Source: Acutalibacteraceae bacterium (lineage in GTDB: Bacteria > Bacillota > Clostridia > Oscillospirales > Acutalibacteraceae). Taken from it: a stretch of 64,000 nucleotides of DNA. Numbering within the stretch: position 1 is the stretch's first letter; each line of letters opens with the position of its first letter. The translations under genes were made by a program, and so were the position numbers. Below, one piece after another: positions 43,665-53,946 of this stretch. The notes beneath the pieces were generated by a model. It saw nothing but the letters and a program-made list of their open reading frames with translations. It was not told the origin of the DNA and searched no databases. The stretch is from assembly GCA_045591425.1 (NCBI GenBank), contig JAZNSX010000041.1, forward strand, positions 14,804-78,803, in the 5' to 3' direction.

Positions 43665-45884
43665 ATGAAACGACCTTTTGCCGTAATCGGCTTTACGGTG
43701 TTTTTTACCATAGCTTTACTTATTGATACAGAAACCGGAGTGACGGCAGCGGCGCTTATTGCGTATGCCGCCGCTCTGGTTATTGCGCTTTTAATCAGAA
43801 GGGTAAGAGAACAGCGTGTGTTTCCGTGCGCATTTGCTTCTGGTGCGGTTGCCTGTGCGCTTTTGCTGGCAACGGTTAATTTTTTATATCTACCGGCAGC
43901 TTCGCTTAACGGAAAAACTTGTGATATGACAGCCGTTTTGACAAGCGAGCCCGAAATTGAATACGGAAACTATTACTATACCGCAAAAGCTTCTTCAATT
44001 GACGGTGAAGCCGTTGATTTGAAGCTTAGGTTGACTTTTTCTTCGCATCCCGATGCAGAGCCTTATGATGAAATCAGCGGAAGGTTTACTTTTTATATTC
44101 CGGGTTCTTCAAGCATGGAAGCGCTTAATTCCTATAAATCAAACGGATTTTTTATTGCCGCTTATCCAAACCACGATGCGTTTTCTGTTAAAAATATTCC
44201 CGACGGCGAAAAGCCGGCAGGAAAAAGAATAATTGATATAAGAAATGCAATTGAAAACGCAGTTTACCGTGTTTTGCCTGATGAAAGAGGCGCGCTTGCG
44301 GTGGCTTTGATAACAGGCAGCAAAAGCAGTCTGCCCACGGAAGTTTTGAGTGATTTCCGCACCGTAGGTATATCGCATATTATTTGTGTTTCCGGATTTC
44401 ACATTTCTCTGTGGTCAATGCTTGTCTATGAGTTGCTCAGAAGGTTTAAATTTGGGAACAAAATATCAAGTATTGTTTCTTCTTTGGCTGTTGTTGCTTT
44501 TATGCTCGTTGCGGGCTTGACATATTCCGTTGTACGTTCGGGCATTATGATGCTGATATATTTCTTTTCCGATATAATTATGAGAAAGCGGGATTCAGCA
44601 AATTCGCTCGGCTTTGCGCTGCTGGTCATTGCTCTTTTCAATCCTTTTGCAATGGGGTCTGTCAGTCTTCAGCTTTCTGCACTTGCAACTCTCGGAATAA
44701 TCCTCTATTCCCAGTGCATTGCGCCGCGTTTTGAAAAATCTTTTCTGAAAATCGGAATAAAACCCCTTCGCAGGGCTTTGAAGAGCATTTTTACAACTCT
44801 TATGCTGACTGCAGCGGCAACAGCTTTTACGTTTCCGGTATCGCTCAGCATTTATAACAGCTTTAATTTTATAACTTTCTTTGCAAATATTGTTGCTGTT
44901 CCCGTTGCAAGTGTTTGTATGATTTTTTGCGCAGCAGGTGCTGCAATCGGCAGTGTTTTTGCGGCTGCTTTCAACTTGCCTGCTTTTTTCGGCGGATTAC
45001 TTTCGGATTTTTTAATTAGGTTCGCCCGTTTTGCTGCGGATATTGATTTGTTTTCGTTCAGGATTTCAAGCGATGAATCGGCAATTGTGGTTTGCGCGGT
45101 TTTGACGGTTTGCGTTTTCTCGCTTCTAATGGCATATTGCGGTAAGCCGATGCCAGTTTTGACTGCTGTCGTTTGCGGTGTAGTTTTTACATCATCTCTG
45201 CTGTTCTTCTCTTTTAACGGTCAGCGCGGAACAAGAATTAATGTTATCGACTGCGGCAACGGAACAAGTGTCGTTATCAGCAGCGGCGGCGAAAATCTGC
45301 TTGTCGGATGCGGGGGAACAGAGTTTCTCGGGTCGATGAGCATTTCCGATGCTCTTCGTTCTGTTGGCGGAAACGCTGATGTTTTTGTTGTTCCGAGCTC
45401 GGATGAAGCATTCTCGGGCTATCTTAATAACGTTTTGTCTGAGTTCATACCCGGCAGAATTTTCTTTGAAAGCTTGCCTGACGGAAGTGATCTGCTTTTG
45501 AAAAATACCGAAAAAGCAGGTTTGACGGATGTGTTTAATTCCAAAAATTTTTCTGTGAAATATGTAAAACGCAAAAATAAATATTGTTCAGTTGTTAAAA
45601 CGAAAGATATTTCACTTTTGGTTTGCTTTGACCCTATTGACAAAATTTCATCTTTGCCCGAAGAGTTTCGTTCGGCAGATGTCATGATAACCCGCAATGA
45701 TTATCCCGACGGAACAGAAAACGCGGGATACGGTTTTGTGGTTATCAACGCAGAAAATGAGAGAGGTATTGTGCTGCAAAACGAGCTTTCCTCTCGCGGC
45801 GTCAGATGCGCCGCAACCGCAGGATGCGGTAATATAATCATTAAGGCAGAGAACGGTGTTATAAGCGCGTTTAGAGAGCCTTAA
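43665..45884 (+). CDS. comEC: ComEC/Rec2 competence protein
   Basis: F...GISHIICVSGFHI, SVVRSGIM, LQLSALAT; degenerate C-terminal MBL-like domain; upstream of holA. Confidence 0.85.
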   Translation: MKRPFAVIGFTVFFTIALLIDTETGVTAAALIAYAAALVIALLIRRVREQRVFPCAFASGAVACALLLATVNFLYLPAASLNGKTCDMTAVLTSEPEIEYGNYYYTAKASSIDGEAVDLKLRLTFSSHPDAEPYDEISGRFTFYIPGSSSMEALNSYKSNGFFIAAYPNHDAFSVKNIPDGEKPAGKRIIDIRNAIENAVYRVLPDERGALAVALITGSKSSLPTEVLSDFRTVGISHIICVSGFHISLWSMLVYELLRRFKFGNKISSIVSSLAVVAFMLVAGLTYSVVRSGIMMLIYFFSDIIMRKRDSANSLGFALLVIALFNPFAMGSVSLQLSALATLGIILYSQCIAPRFEKSFLKIGIKPLRRALKSIFTTLMLTAAATAFTFPVSLSIYNSFNFITFFANIVAVPVASVCMIFCAAGAAIGSVFAAAFNLPAFFGGLLSDFLIRFARFAADIDLFSFRISSDESAIVVCAVLTVCVFSLLMAYCGKPMPVLTAVVCGVVFTSSLLFFSFNGQRGTRINVIDCGNGTSVVISSGGENLLVGCGGTEFLGSMSISDALRSVGGNADVFVVPSSDEAFSGYLNNVLSEFIPGRIFFESLPDGSDLLLKNTEKAGLTDVFNSKNFSVKYVKRKNKYCSVVKTKDISLLVCFDPIDKISSLPEEFRSADVMITRNDYPDGTENAGYGFVVINAENERGIVLQNELSSRGVRCAATAGCGNIIIKAENGVISAFREP

Positions 45885-45905
45885 GGTGGATGAAAGGATA
45901 GTTTT

Positions 45906-46934
45906 ATGCCAGTTTTGAATGAAGCCGGATTAAAAGAAAAGCTGCGGTCAAATCCCGTCGGCATCTATCTTATTTACGGCGAAGAAAGCTACCTTAAAAA
46001 AGTTTATATTGATAAAATCGTTTCCAAAACCGTTGATGACACTTTCGGAGACTTCAATTTTCATACATTTGACGGAAAGGATTGCACTCTTTCCGATGTT
46101 TATGAGAGCGCAGGTGCCGTGCCCATGATGGCGGACACCAAGTGCGTTCTTGTTAAGGATTTTCCTCTTGATGCGCTTGACGACAGCGGATTTGAACAGC
46201 TTGAAGCTGTTCTTGCCGATAATCCCGCGGATTGTGCATTGATTTTTTCTTTTGTTGCTTATGCTCCGAAAGGTGCTAAATGGAACAAGACCGTCAAGCT
46301 GTTTGAAAAATACGGCTATGCGGTAAAGCTTGAAAAAAAGACATCGCTTGAGCTTGTCAAAATGCTTGAAAGCGGCGCAAAAAAAAGAGGAAAGCCTTTT
46401 GCTAAAGGTGTTGCGGCATATCTTATAACCTGTGTCGGAAGCGACCTCAACACTTTGCTCAACGAAACCGAAAAGGCTTGCGCATACGCTTCGGGCGAAG
46501 AAGTCAAAAAAAGCGATGTGGATGCCGTTTGCATCAAAAGCCTTGACGCAAAGGTGTTTGATATGATAAAAGATTTGACCGCCGGAAGGTTTGACAGCGC
46601 ATTCAGAAAGCTGTCGCTTTTGTTTGAGCAGCGTGAGGATGAATTCCAGATTCTCGGCGCTCTTATCGCTCAGTATTCTGATATTTATCGGGCAAAAGCT
46701 GCCGTAAAATCGGGCAACAGAGCAGAAATAATTGCTAAATATTATGACTATGCCGGCAAGGAATTCAGGCTCACCAATGCCGCAAGAAACGGTTCTTCCC
46801 TTTCGTTTGAAGCGATAGGGGAATGCATTGATATTCTTTCCTGGGCGGATACAACACTTAAAAGCTCTGCACTTGATAAAAGGCTTGTTCTTGAACAGAC
46901 CGTTGTTAAGCTTGCCAGAGCCGGCAGGAGATAG
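45906..46934 (+). CDS. holA: DNA polymerase III delta subunit
   Basis: YLIYGEESYL, PMMA...VLVKD, G.DL..L.NE.EK; comEC-holA synteny. Confidence 0.88.
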   Translation: MPVLNEAGLKEKLRSNPVGIYLIYGEESYLKKVYIDKIVSKTVDDTFGDFNFHTFDGKDCTLSDVYESAGAVPMMADTKCVLVKDFPLDALDDSGFEQLEAVLADNPADCALIFSFVAYAPKGAKWNKTVKLFEKYGYAVKLEKKTSLELVKMLESGAKKRGKPFAKGVAAYLITCVGSDLNTLLNETEKACAYASGEEVKKSDVDAVCIKSLDAKVFDMIKDLTAGRFDSAFRKLSLLFEQREDEFQILGALIAQYSDIYRAKAAVKSGNRAEIIAKYYDYAGKEFRLTNAARNGSSLSFEAIGECIDILSWADTTLKSSALDKRLVLEQTVVKLARAGRR

Positions 46935-46936
46935 AA

Positions 46937-47545
46937 ATGATTAAAATTAAACAGGCGGTAATTGTTGAAGGAAAGTATGATAAAATCAAGCTTTCCGGTA
47001 TAATCGATGCCCCCATAATTCAAACCGACGGTTTCGGAATTTTTAAAGACAAAGAGCTCCAACAACTGATAAGAAAACTTGCTGAAAAAAGAGGGATTCT
47101 TGTGCTTACGGACAGTGATTCCGCAGGCTTTAAAATCCGCTCGTTTATCGGTTCGACAGTTGACCAAAATGACATTATTCATGCTTATATTCCTGATATT
47201 TTCGGCAAGGAAAGCAGAAAAACCGAACCCTCAAAAGAAGGGAAATTAGGTGTAGAAGGAGTTCCCGAAGATGTTATCATGAAGGCTCTTGCGAATGCCG
47301 GTGTTCTTTGTGAAACGACCGCAGAGCCGGAGCGCCCGATAACCAAGCTTGATTTATATGAACTCGGATTTACGGGCGGGGAGGACAGCGCGAAAAAGCG
47401 TGCGGCTTTGCTCAAATACTATTCTTTCCCGTCAAGACTTTCGGCAAATTCACTTGTTAAAGTTTTGAATTGTGTTACGACATATGACAGATTTTCGGAG
47501 GACGTCAATCATATTTTAAAGGAGATGCAGGAATGCTCAGAATAG
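46937..47545 (+). CDS. rnmV: ribonuclease M5-like Toprim protein
   Basis: [26 protein letters not shown]. Confidence 0.75.
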   Translation: MIKIKQAVIVEGKYDKIKLSGIIDAPIIQTDGFGIFKDKELQQLIRKLAEKRGILVLTDSDSAGFKIRSFIGSTVDQNDIIHAYIPDIFGKESRKTEPSKEGKLGVEGVPEDVIMKALANAGVLCETTAEPERPITKLDLYELGFTGGEDSAKKRAALLKYYSFPSRLSANSLVKVLNCVTTYDRFSEDVNHILKEMQECSE

Positions 47546-48006
47546 GTCACGGATATGATGTTCATAAGCTTGTTGAAGGCAGAAAGCTTATCATAGGCGG
47601 CGTTGAAATTCCCCACGAAACGGGTCTGCTCGGACATTCCGATGCGGATGTTCTTCTTCATGCAATCAGCGATGCTCTTCTCGGTGCGGCTGCTCTCGGC
47701 GACATCGGATGCCTTTTCCCTGATAATGACCCCGAATTTGAAGGGGCAGACAGCCTTGTGCTTTTAAAGAAGGTTGTTTGTGTGCTTGCCGAAAACGGAT
47801 ATTCCGTTGTGAATATCGATGCAACTCTTATTGCTCAAAGACCCAAAATGCGTCCTCACATCGAAAAAATGCGAGAAAATATTGCATCTGCCTGCGGTGT
47901 TTCGCCTGACTTTGTCAGCGTTAAAGCCACAACCGAAGAAAAACTCGGTTTCACGGGCAGAGAAGAAGGCATTTCCGCTCATGCGGTTTGCCTCATAGAA
48001 AATTAA
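47533..48006 (+). CDS. ispF: 2-C-methyl-D-erythritol 2,4-cyclodiphosphate synthase
   Basis: [40 protein letters not shown]. Confidence 0.96.
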   Translation: MLRIGHGYDVHKLVEGRKLIIGGVEIPHETGLLGHSDADVLLHAISDALLGAAALGDIGCLFPDNDPEFEGADSLVLLKKVVCVLAENGYSVVNIDATLIAQRPKMRPHIEKMRENIASACGVSPDFVSVKATTEEKLGFTGREEGISAHAVCLIEN

Positions 48007-48101
48007 TTTTTTGTAAAATATGTAAGATATGTTTGCAACCCGTGCAGCTTTGTGTTATCATTAATTGTGTATAAATTTTTTGGAAAAGGGTTGGTCAAAA
48101 T

Positions 48102-48977
48102 ATGACCTTTATTAACAATATCGGGGATTTCTTTTCAAAGCTTCCGTCTTTGAGCTTCGGCATAACGGATTTGCTTGATATTTGTCTGATAGCATTCATT
48201 TTATACAACGGAATAAAGATTATAAGAGAAACCAGAGCTTTTCAGCTTGTAAAAGGTCTGCTCCTTTTCGGCGTTGCATATGTGATTATTACTCAGCTTG
48301 AAATGGAGGCAAGCGCCAATCTTTTTAAACTTGTTTTTCAAAATATTTTTATAGTTCTGATTATTCTTTTTCAGCAGGAAATCAGGCAGGTTTTGGAAAA
48401 GGTCGGCAAAAATAAATTTACAAGCCTCAGCCTTTTGATTAAAGGCAGCCGTGCTGAAAGTGTTGAGACGGTCAGCAGTGCAATAATCGAAATTGCAAAG
48501 GCTGTTCAGCGCATGAGCGACAGCAAAACAGGCTCTTTGATTGTTATGGAAAAAGAGATGCTTCTTGGTGATGTTATAAAAACCGGAACAAGCATCGATG
48601 CAGCGGTTTCTCATGAGCTTGTCGGAAACATATTTTTTCCGAATTCTCCGCTTCATGACGGCGCTGCGGTTGTCAGAAAAGGCAGGCTTCATTGTGCGGG
48701 CTGTGTTCTTCCGCTTACAAAGAACGAGGATATTTCGAGCGAACTCGGCACAAGGCACAGAGCCGCGCTCGGCATGAGTGAGCAGAGCGATGCAATGGTT
48801 ATAGTAACTTCCGAAGAAACCGGCACGATTTCCGTTGCATTCAAAGGTGTTCTTATGCGCGGATTAACCGAATCGGAGCTTAGAGAAAAGCTTATGAACT
48901 ACCTGATTGATAATGTTGATGAAAAGATTACCGATGCAGGTGCATTCAAAAAACTGCTTAAGGGTTGGAAAAAATGA
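48102..48977 (+). CDS. cdaA: diadenylate cyclase
   Basis: Three N-terminal TM segments, FFPNSPLHDGA, LGTRHRAALG. Confidence 0.95.
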   Translation: MTFINNIGDFFSKLPSLSFGITDLLDICLIAFILYNGIKIIRETRAFQLVKGLLLFGVAYVIITQLEMEASANLFKLVFQNIFIVLIILFQQEIRQVLEKVGKNKFTSLSLLIKGSRAESVETVSSAIIEIAKAVQRMSDSKTGSLIVMEKEMLLGDVIKTGTSIDAAVSHELVGNIFFPNSPLHDGAAVVRKGRLHCAGCVLPLTKNEDISSELGTRHRAALGMSEQSDAMVIVTSEETGTISVAFKGVLMRGLTESELREKLMNYLIDNVDEKITDAGAFKKLLKGWKK

Positions 48978-50245
48978 AAAAGAAAAATCAAAGGATAAGT
49001 GACCTATTTTATAACAATCGCTTTTTGCTTGTTTTTTCGGTGGTTGTTGCTGTTATTGTATGGCTTATTGTTGCTGTTGAATTCAGCCCCGAAACAACAC
49101 AAACAATCAAAAACGTTCCTGTCAAAATTGACTACAGTGAAATTAAAAATAATCTTGGCGGTCTGCAGCCTTTCGGTGAGACTGATTTTACGGTTGATGT
49201 TACCGTCAGAGGTCAGAAGATTGTTGTTGAATCAGACAGTATTGCAGACAGCATAAATGTTACCGCGAGCACGGGTTATGTTAATTCGGTAGGCAATTAT
49301 GATTTAAAAATAAATGCAGAAGGTTCGGATGAATACTCGATTATCAATATTTCTTCGAATGTTGTTCAGGTGTATTTTGACTATCCGAAGGAAAAAGAAT
49401 TCAAAATTGAAACCGATATAACCTTTGATGCCCGGGAAGTTGCAGAAGGCTATTTTATGGACGATTTTGTTTTGTCGGATGCAAACACGGTTAAGGTCAG
49501 CGGCCCCGAATCGGAAATCAATAAGATTGAGCGCATTGTTGCCAAGGCTGACCATGCGGGAAACATGCGCCAGAGTGACACGGTTGATGCCGCTATCACC
49601 GCCGTTACAACAGACGGTTCAACGCTCAAATATGTTTCTTTCAATCGCCAGTCCGACAAAACACAGATAACAATTCCTGTTTATAAGATTGTTACTCTTC
49701 CGGTAACGTGTGCTTTCAGCAATATTCCCGCCGAGTATCTTGATTCTCTTCCGTTTGGAGTTTCCATAAGCCCCGCAACGGCAACCTTCGGGATTCCCGA
49801 AAATCAGGTTGAAAGCAAAACAAGCATTGAACTCGGTTCCAAAATTGACTTTTCCAAGCTTACAGCGGGTTCGAATGAGTTCACCATAAGTGTTACGGAC
49901 AACGAAATTTCAGGCGGTATTGTTCTTGACGAAACAAAAGAGTTTGTTGTTAGGGTTAATGTTGAAAACATGGCCGTCAAGACTGTTACCGCGCCTTCAA
50001 CCGTAAGTGTTTCCGGTGTTCCCGACGGTTTGACGGCTGAGCTTGCAAATCTGAATTTTGCTGTGCTGACAGTTATCGGTCCCGAAGATAAACTCGCTTT
50101 AATGAATACCGATAATGTGGTTTTAACTGCCGATTTCAGCGACATTGACGAAAATGCTTCGGATGTTGTTACCGTTCCCGTAAGAATTTCAAACGATTCA
50201 TGCTGGTCTTACGGTGAATACACCGCAACTTTCACAATTTCATAG
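48974..50245 (+). CDS. cdaR: YbbR-domain CdaA regulator
   Basis: N-terminal TM, repeated V.V.G/GP YbbR-like units; ATGA overlap with cdaA. Confidence 0.8.
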   Translation: MKKKNQRISDLFYNNRFLLVFSVVVAVIVWLIVAVEFSPETTQTIKNVPVKIDYSEIKNNLGGLQPFGETDFTVDVTVRGQKIVVESDSIADSINVTASTGYVNSVGNYDLKINAEGSDEYSIINISSNVVQVYFDYPKEKEFKIETDITFDAREVAEGYFMDDFVLSDANTVKVSGPESEINKIERIVAKADHAGNMRQSDTVDAAITAVTTDGSTLKYVSFNRQSDKTQITIPVYKIVTLPVTCAFSNIPAEYLDSLPFGVSISPATATFGIPENQVESKTSIELGSKIDFSKLTAGSNEFTISVTDNEISGGIVLDETKEFVVRVNVENMAVKTVTAPSTVSVSGVPDGLTAELANLNFAVLTVIGPEDKLALMNTDNVVLTADFSDIDENASDVVTVPVRISNDSCWSYGEYTATFTIS

Positions 50246-50251
50246 ATTTAC

Positions 50252-50282
50252 GGACAGGCTGCAAATGCAGTCTGTTCTTTTT
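50252..50282 (+). terminator. intrinsic terminator
   Basis: GGACAGGCTGCA-AA-TGCAGTCTGTTC followed by a T-run. Confidence 0.65.
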
Positions 50283-50378
50283 ATATAAATTTTATATTAA
50301 ATATATAATAAACTGTTGATTTATTATATTATAGTGTGATATAATATCTTGAAATATAATGGTTGGGAGGGATGTGCG

Positions 50379-51731
50379 ATGAAAAAACATTTTCTTGTTC
50401 TTACGGCATGCTTTGTTATGTTCGGTATGCTTCTTTCTTCGTGCAGTTCCGATGCTTTGATTCGTCCCGTTGATTCATTGCTTTCCCCGCCGCTTTATTA
50501 TGAGGAGTATGAAGATCTTGTTGATGCTTTTTATAAATCTGTCGGCGAAGAGGTTACTCTGACTCACCCCGGCAAGGGTGAGCATCGCTCGGCAATAATT
50601 GTTAATGATGTTGATTCTGACGGCGAATCCGAAGCTCTTGTGTTTTACAGAAACAGCAATGACGGTACTTCGGCGAGAATGCACTTTTTGGATTTTGTTG
50701 ACGGTAGATGGATTTCTGACGGAGACTTCAACGGATACGGGAATTTTGTGGAAAGCATCAAAATAACCGATATGGACAATGATGGCTCGTTTGAGTTTGT
50801 GGTTATGTGGGCGGCTCCAGGCGTTTCGACGGGAAGCATTATGTCGATTTACCGCAGCCAGAAAAATGTGCGGGAATATAAAGAAATTTCAAATGAGGCC
50901 TGCTCTATATCCGAAATTGTGGATATAGATTCAGACGGAAAAAAAGAAATATTCTTTGTTGCTCTGAGTAATGCTGCGGGCGTTATTCACAGAACCGCAA
51001 AGGCAATGAAGCTTTCGGGCGATTCTGTAAAGCTTATCGGTGAGACCCGTGTTGATCCGAATATCAGCAGCTATACTTCAATCAAAACAGAAAAATCTTC
51101 CGATGAAGAGCCGATGAAAATATATATCGATGCTCTTAAAGGCGAGTCTCAGATGATAACCGAGATTATTTATTGGGACAAAGAAGAGTCATTGCTCTGC
51201 GCTCCGCTTTTTGATACCGCAACAATGTCAACGACCGCAACGCTAAGGTATGAGCCTGTAGGCTGTGCAGATATAAATAATGACGGAATAATTGACATTC
51301 CCGTGCAGTCAAGAATTTTCGGTAAGGGTGACAGCCTGCTGACAACGGATACCGAGGATATTTACTTAACCGAATGGAAGAATTTCAGTTCAGGTGCTTT
51401 TAAACCTGTTGCGGATACTCTTATTAATTATTCCGACGGTTATATGATTTATCTTGATGAAAGCGAAATGAATTCGACCGGAATCAGAAATTACCGTTCC
51501 CAGAACTGTTGGGTGGTTTACAGAACGGATGCAGCCGGAGAATCAACAGGAGAGATTTATTCGGTCTTGAAGATATTTGCCGACAGATGGAATCCTGAAA
51601 AATTCAGTGCATATATACCGATTGTCGAAAAAGATGACGGTGTGGTTTGCGTTTATGTTACACAGACCGGCAAAGATATGGGAATTGATGAGGAATTTGT
51701 AAAATCAAAAATAACCAAGATTCCGTCATAA
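50379..51731 (+). CDS. lipoprotein with FG-GAP/VCBS-like DxDxDG repeats
   Basis: Lipobox LSSC; DVDSDGESE, DMDNDGSFE, DIDSDGKKE, DINNDGIID. Confidence 0.75.
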   Translation: MKKHFLVLTACFVMFGMLLSSCSSDALIRPVDSLLSPPLYYEEYEDLVDAFYKSVGEEVTLTHPGKGEHRSAIIVNDVDSDGESEALVFYRNSNDGTSARMHFLDFVDGRWISDGDFNGYGNFVESIKITDMDNDGSFEFVVMWAAPGVSTGSIMSIYRSQKNVREYKEISNEACSISEIVDIDSDGKKEIFFVALSNAAGVIHRTAKAMKLSGDSVKLIGETRVDPNISSYTSIKTEKSSDEEPMKIYIDALKGESQMITEIIYWDKEESLLCAPLFDTATMSTTATLRYEPVGCADINNDGIIDIPVQSRIFGKGDSLLTTDTEDIYLTEWKNFSSGAFKPVADTLINYSDGYMIYLDESEMNSTGIRNYRSQNCWVVYRTDAAGESTGEIYSVLKIFADRWNPEKFSAYIPIVEKDDGVVCVYVTQTGKDMGIDEEFVKSKITKIPS

Positions 51732-51743
51732 AGGAGGAGAATT

Positions 51744-52442
51744 ATGAAACGCGTTTTAATCGCCGAAGATGAGGCTGCAATAAGAGAGTTTATTGTTATC
51801 AATCTTAAACGCGGGGGCTATGAAGTTGTTGAAGCTGAAGACGGTGCAATGGCACTTGAGCTTTATGAGGTGTATGAAGGTGATATCGATGTTGCGCTTC
51901 TTGATGTAATGATGCCTAATGTTGACGGGCTTGAGGTTTGCAAACAGCTCAGAACAAAGAGCAACAACATCGGAATTATCATGCTTACGGCAAAGACACA
52001 GGAAATGGATAAAATAACAGGTCTCATGATGGGCGCCGACGATTATGTAACAAAGCCGTTTTCTCCTTCTGAACTTGTGGCAAGGGTAGATGCTGTCTAC
52101 AGGCGCGTTGCAATGAACAGCTCTCGCAAGCCTTCAGCTGTTGACCTTATTGAACTCGGTGAATTCAAGCTTAATCTGAGAAGCAGAACTCTAACCAAAA
52201 ACGGCAGATATATTGAGCTTACTCAGGTTGAATTTCAGCTTATGGAATATTTCTTCACAAATCCGGGCGCAGCTCTCAGCAGAACAGATATTCTGAATAA
52301 AGTTTGGGGCTGTGAATATTTCGGCGAAGAAAAAATCGTTGATGTCAATATCAGACGTCTTCGCATGAAAATTGAAGAGGAACCTTCAGCACCCAGGCAT
52401 TTAACAACAATTTGGGGTATCGGTTATAAATGGGTAGTTTAA
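51744..52442 (+). CDS. OmpR-family response regulator
   Basis: LIAEDE, LLDVMMP, MLTAK, GADDYVTKPF, VDVNIRRLRMKIE, TIWGIGY. Confidence 0.95.
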   Translation: MKRVLIAEDEAAIREFIVINLKRGGYEVVEAEDGAMALELYEVYEGDIDVALLDVMMPNVDGLEVCKQLRTKSNNIGIIMLTAKTQEMDKITGLMMGADDYVTKPFSPSELVARVDAVYRRVAMNSSRKPSAVDLIELGEFKLNLRSRTLTKNGRYIELTQVEFQLMEYFFTNPGAALSRTDILNKVWGCEYFGEEKIVDVNIRRLRMKIEEEPSAPRHLTTIWGIGYKWVV

Positions 52443-52458
52443 ATCAAAAAAGAAAGAG

Positions 52459-53946
52459 GTGAAGAAATTGAAATTTATCGGAATAACAAAACGCTGGTTT
52501 TTGAATGTGGCTTCAATAGTCATTGTTATTCTGGTTGCTGTTTCAATTGTTCTGCTTCTTTCAATGCGCAGTTATTATTACGGTGTGGCTTCAATGGCAC
52601 TTGATGCTTATTCCGCTGATGAAATTGCTTCAACATTTAATCTCTACGGTGATGAAACTTCAGGTGGGTTTGAGACCGCAGGCAGAGAGTTTATAGAGAA
52701 TTTTCCCGACAAAGAAACTATGGCTGTCTGGCTTATTGACCGTTCGGGCAAGATTCTGCTTTCCTCAAGCGGTTTTGAAATTAAAGGTGAGGTTGAAATG
52801 CCGGATTATGAAACCGCCAAGAACAGCGAACTCGGTGTCGGAAAATGGACCGGCAAGCTTCCTTCAGGTGAAAAGATAATGGCATCCACCTGTGTTTATA
52901 ATTATTCAAACGGAACATTTGGCGGAGCTGTTCGTTTTATGGTGTCAATGGAAGCTATCGATAAGCAGCTTGTAAGAATAACTTTCCTTCTTTCGTTTTG
53001 TTGTCTTGGCATGTTTGCTCTGCTTCTGCTTTCAGGCAGTTTGTTTATTCGTTCGATTGTTTCGCCTGTTAAAGATATTGGCGAAACGGCAAAACGAATT
53101 GCCGGCGGCGATTTGCAGGCGAGAATTGACCATTATCCGTATAACGATGAAATCGGCGAGCTTTGCGCAACGATTAATGACATGGCAACAAAGCTTTCCG
53201 AATCAGACAGAATGAAAAACGATTTCATTTCTACAATATCTCATGAGCTGCGTACGCCGCTGACCGCCATTAAAGGCTGGGGCGAAACTCTGCTTCAAAT
53301 CGGCGATACCGATTCTGCAATGACGGAGCGCGGTATGGGAGTTATAATCAGCGAAGCATCGAGGCTCAATGATATGGTTGAAGAGCTTCTCGACTTTTCC
53401 AGAATGAGCAGCGGAAGAATGCGTCTTAATAATGAGAGAATCGATGTTCTTGCTGAGCTTGATGAAGTCGTTTTTGCTTTCAAGGAGCGTTCAATCAAAG
53501 ACGGCGTAGAAGTTGTTTACAATGTGCCGCGTAACCCTGCTCCGGTTAACGGTGATGCTTCAAGAATCAAGCAGGTGTTTATCAATATTCTTGATAATGC
53601 GCTCAAATATACAGAGCAGGGCGGCAAGATAATTGTTTTTGCCGAGCTTCCGAATCCTGCAACGCTGATTATATCAATCAGCGATACGGGTGCGGGAATC
53701 CCGCCGGAAGATTTGCCGCATGTCAAAGAAAAATTCTATAAAGCTAACACAACGGTGCGCGGCTCTGGAATCGGGCTTGCGGTTGCCGACGAAATAATCA
53801 GACTCCATAACGGAGAGCTTGATGTTGACAGCGTGCTCGGAGAGGGCACGACGGTCAGAATAACTATTCCGCTCGAACCGAAAGAAAAAGAACGTGATTC
53901 GGCAGATAAGGAAGGAGAAGAACTTAATGAGCAAGCAGAAGAATAA
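52459..53946 (+). CDS. HAMP-domain sensor histidine kinase
   Basis: Two TM segments, HAMP, SHELRTPLT, NILDNALKY, DTGAGI, GSGIGL, GEGT. Confidence 0.95.
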   Translation: MKKLKFIGITKRWFLNVASIVIVILVAVSIVLLLSMRSYYYGVASMALDAYSADEIASTFNLYGDETSGGFETAGREFIENFPDKETMAVWLIDRSGKILLSSSGFEIKGEVEMPDYETAKNSELGVGKWTGKLPSGEKIMASTCVYNYSNGTFGGAVRFMVSMEAIDKQLVRITFLLSFCCLGMFALLLLSGSLFIRSIVSPVKDIGETAKRIAGGDLQARIDHYPYNDEIGELCATINDMATKLSESDRMKNDFISTISHELRTPLTAIKGWGETLLQIGDTDSAMTERGMGVIISEASRLNDMVEELLDFSRMSSGRMRLNNERIDVLAELDEVVFAFKERSIKDGVEVVYNVPRNPAPVNGDASRIKQVFINILDNALKYTEQGGKIIVFAELPNPATLIISISDTGAGIPPEDLPHVKEKFYKANTTVRGSGIGLAVADEIIRLHNGELDVDSVLGEGTTVRITIPLEPKEKERDSADKEGEELNEQAEE

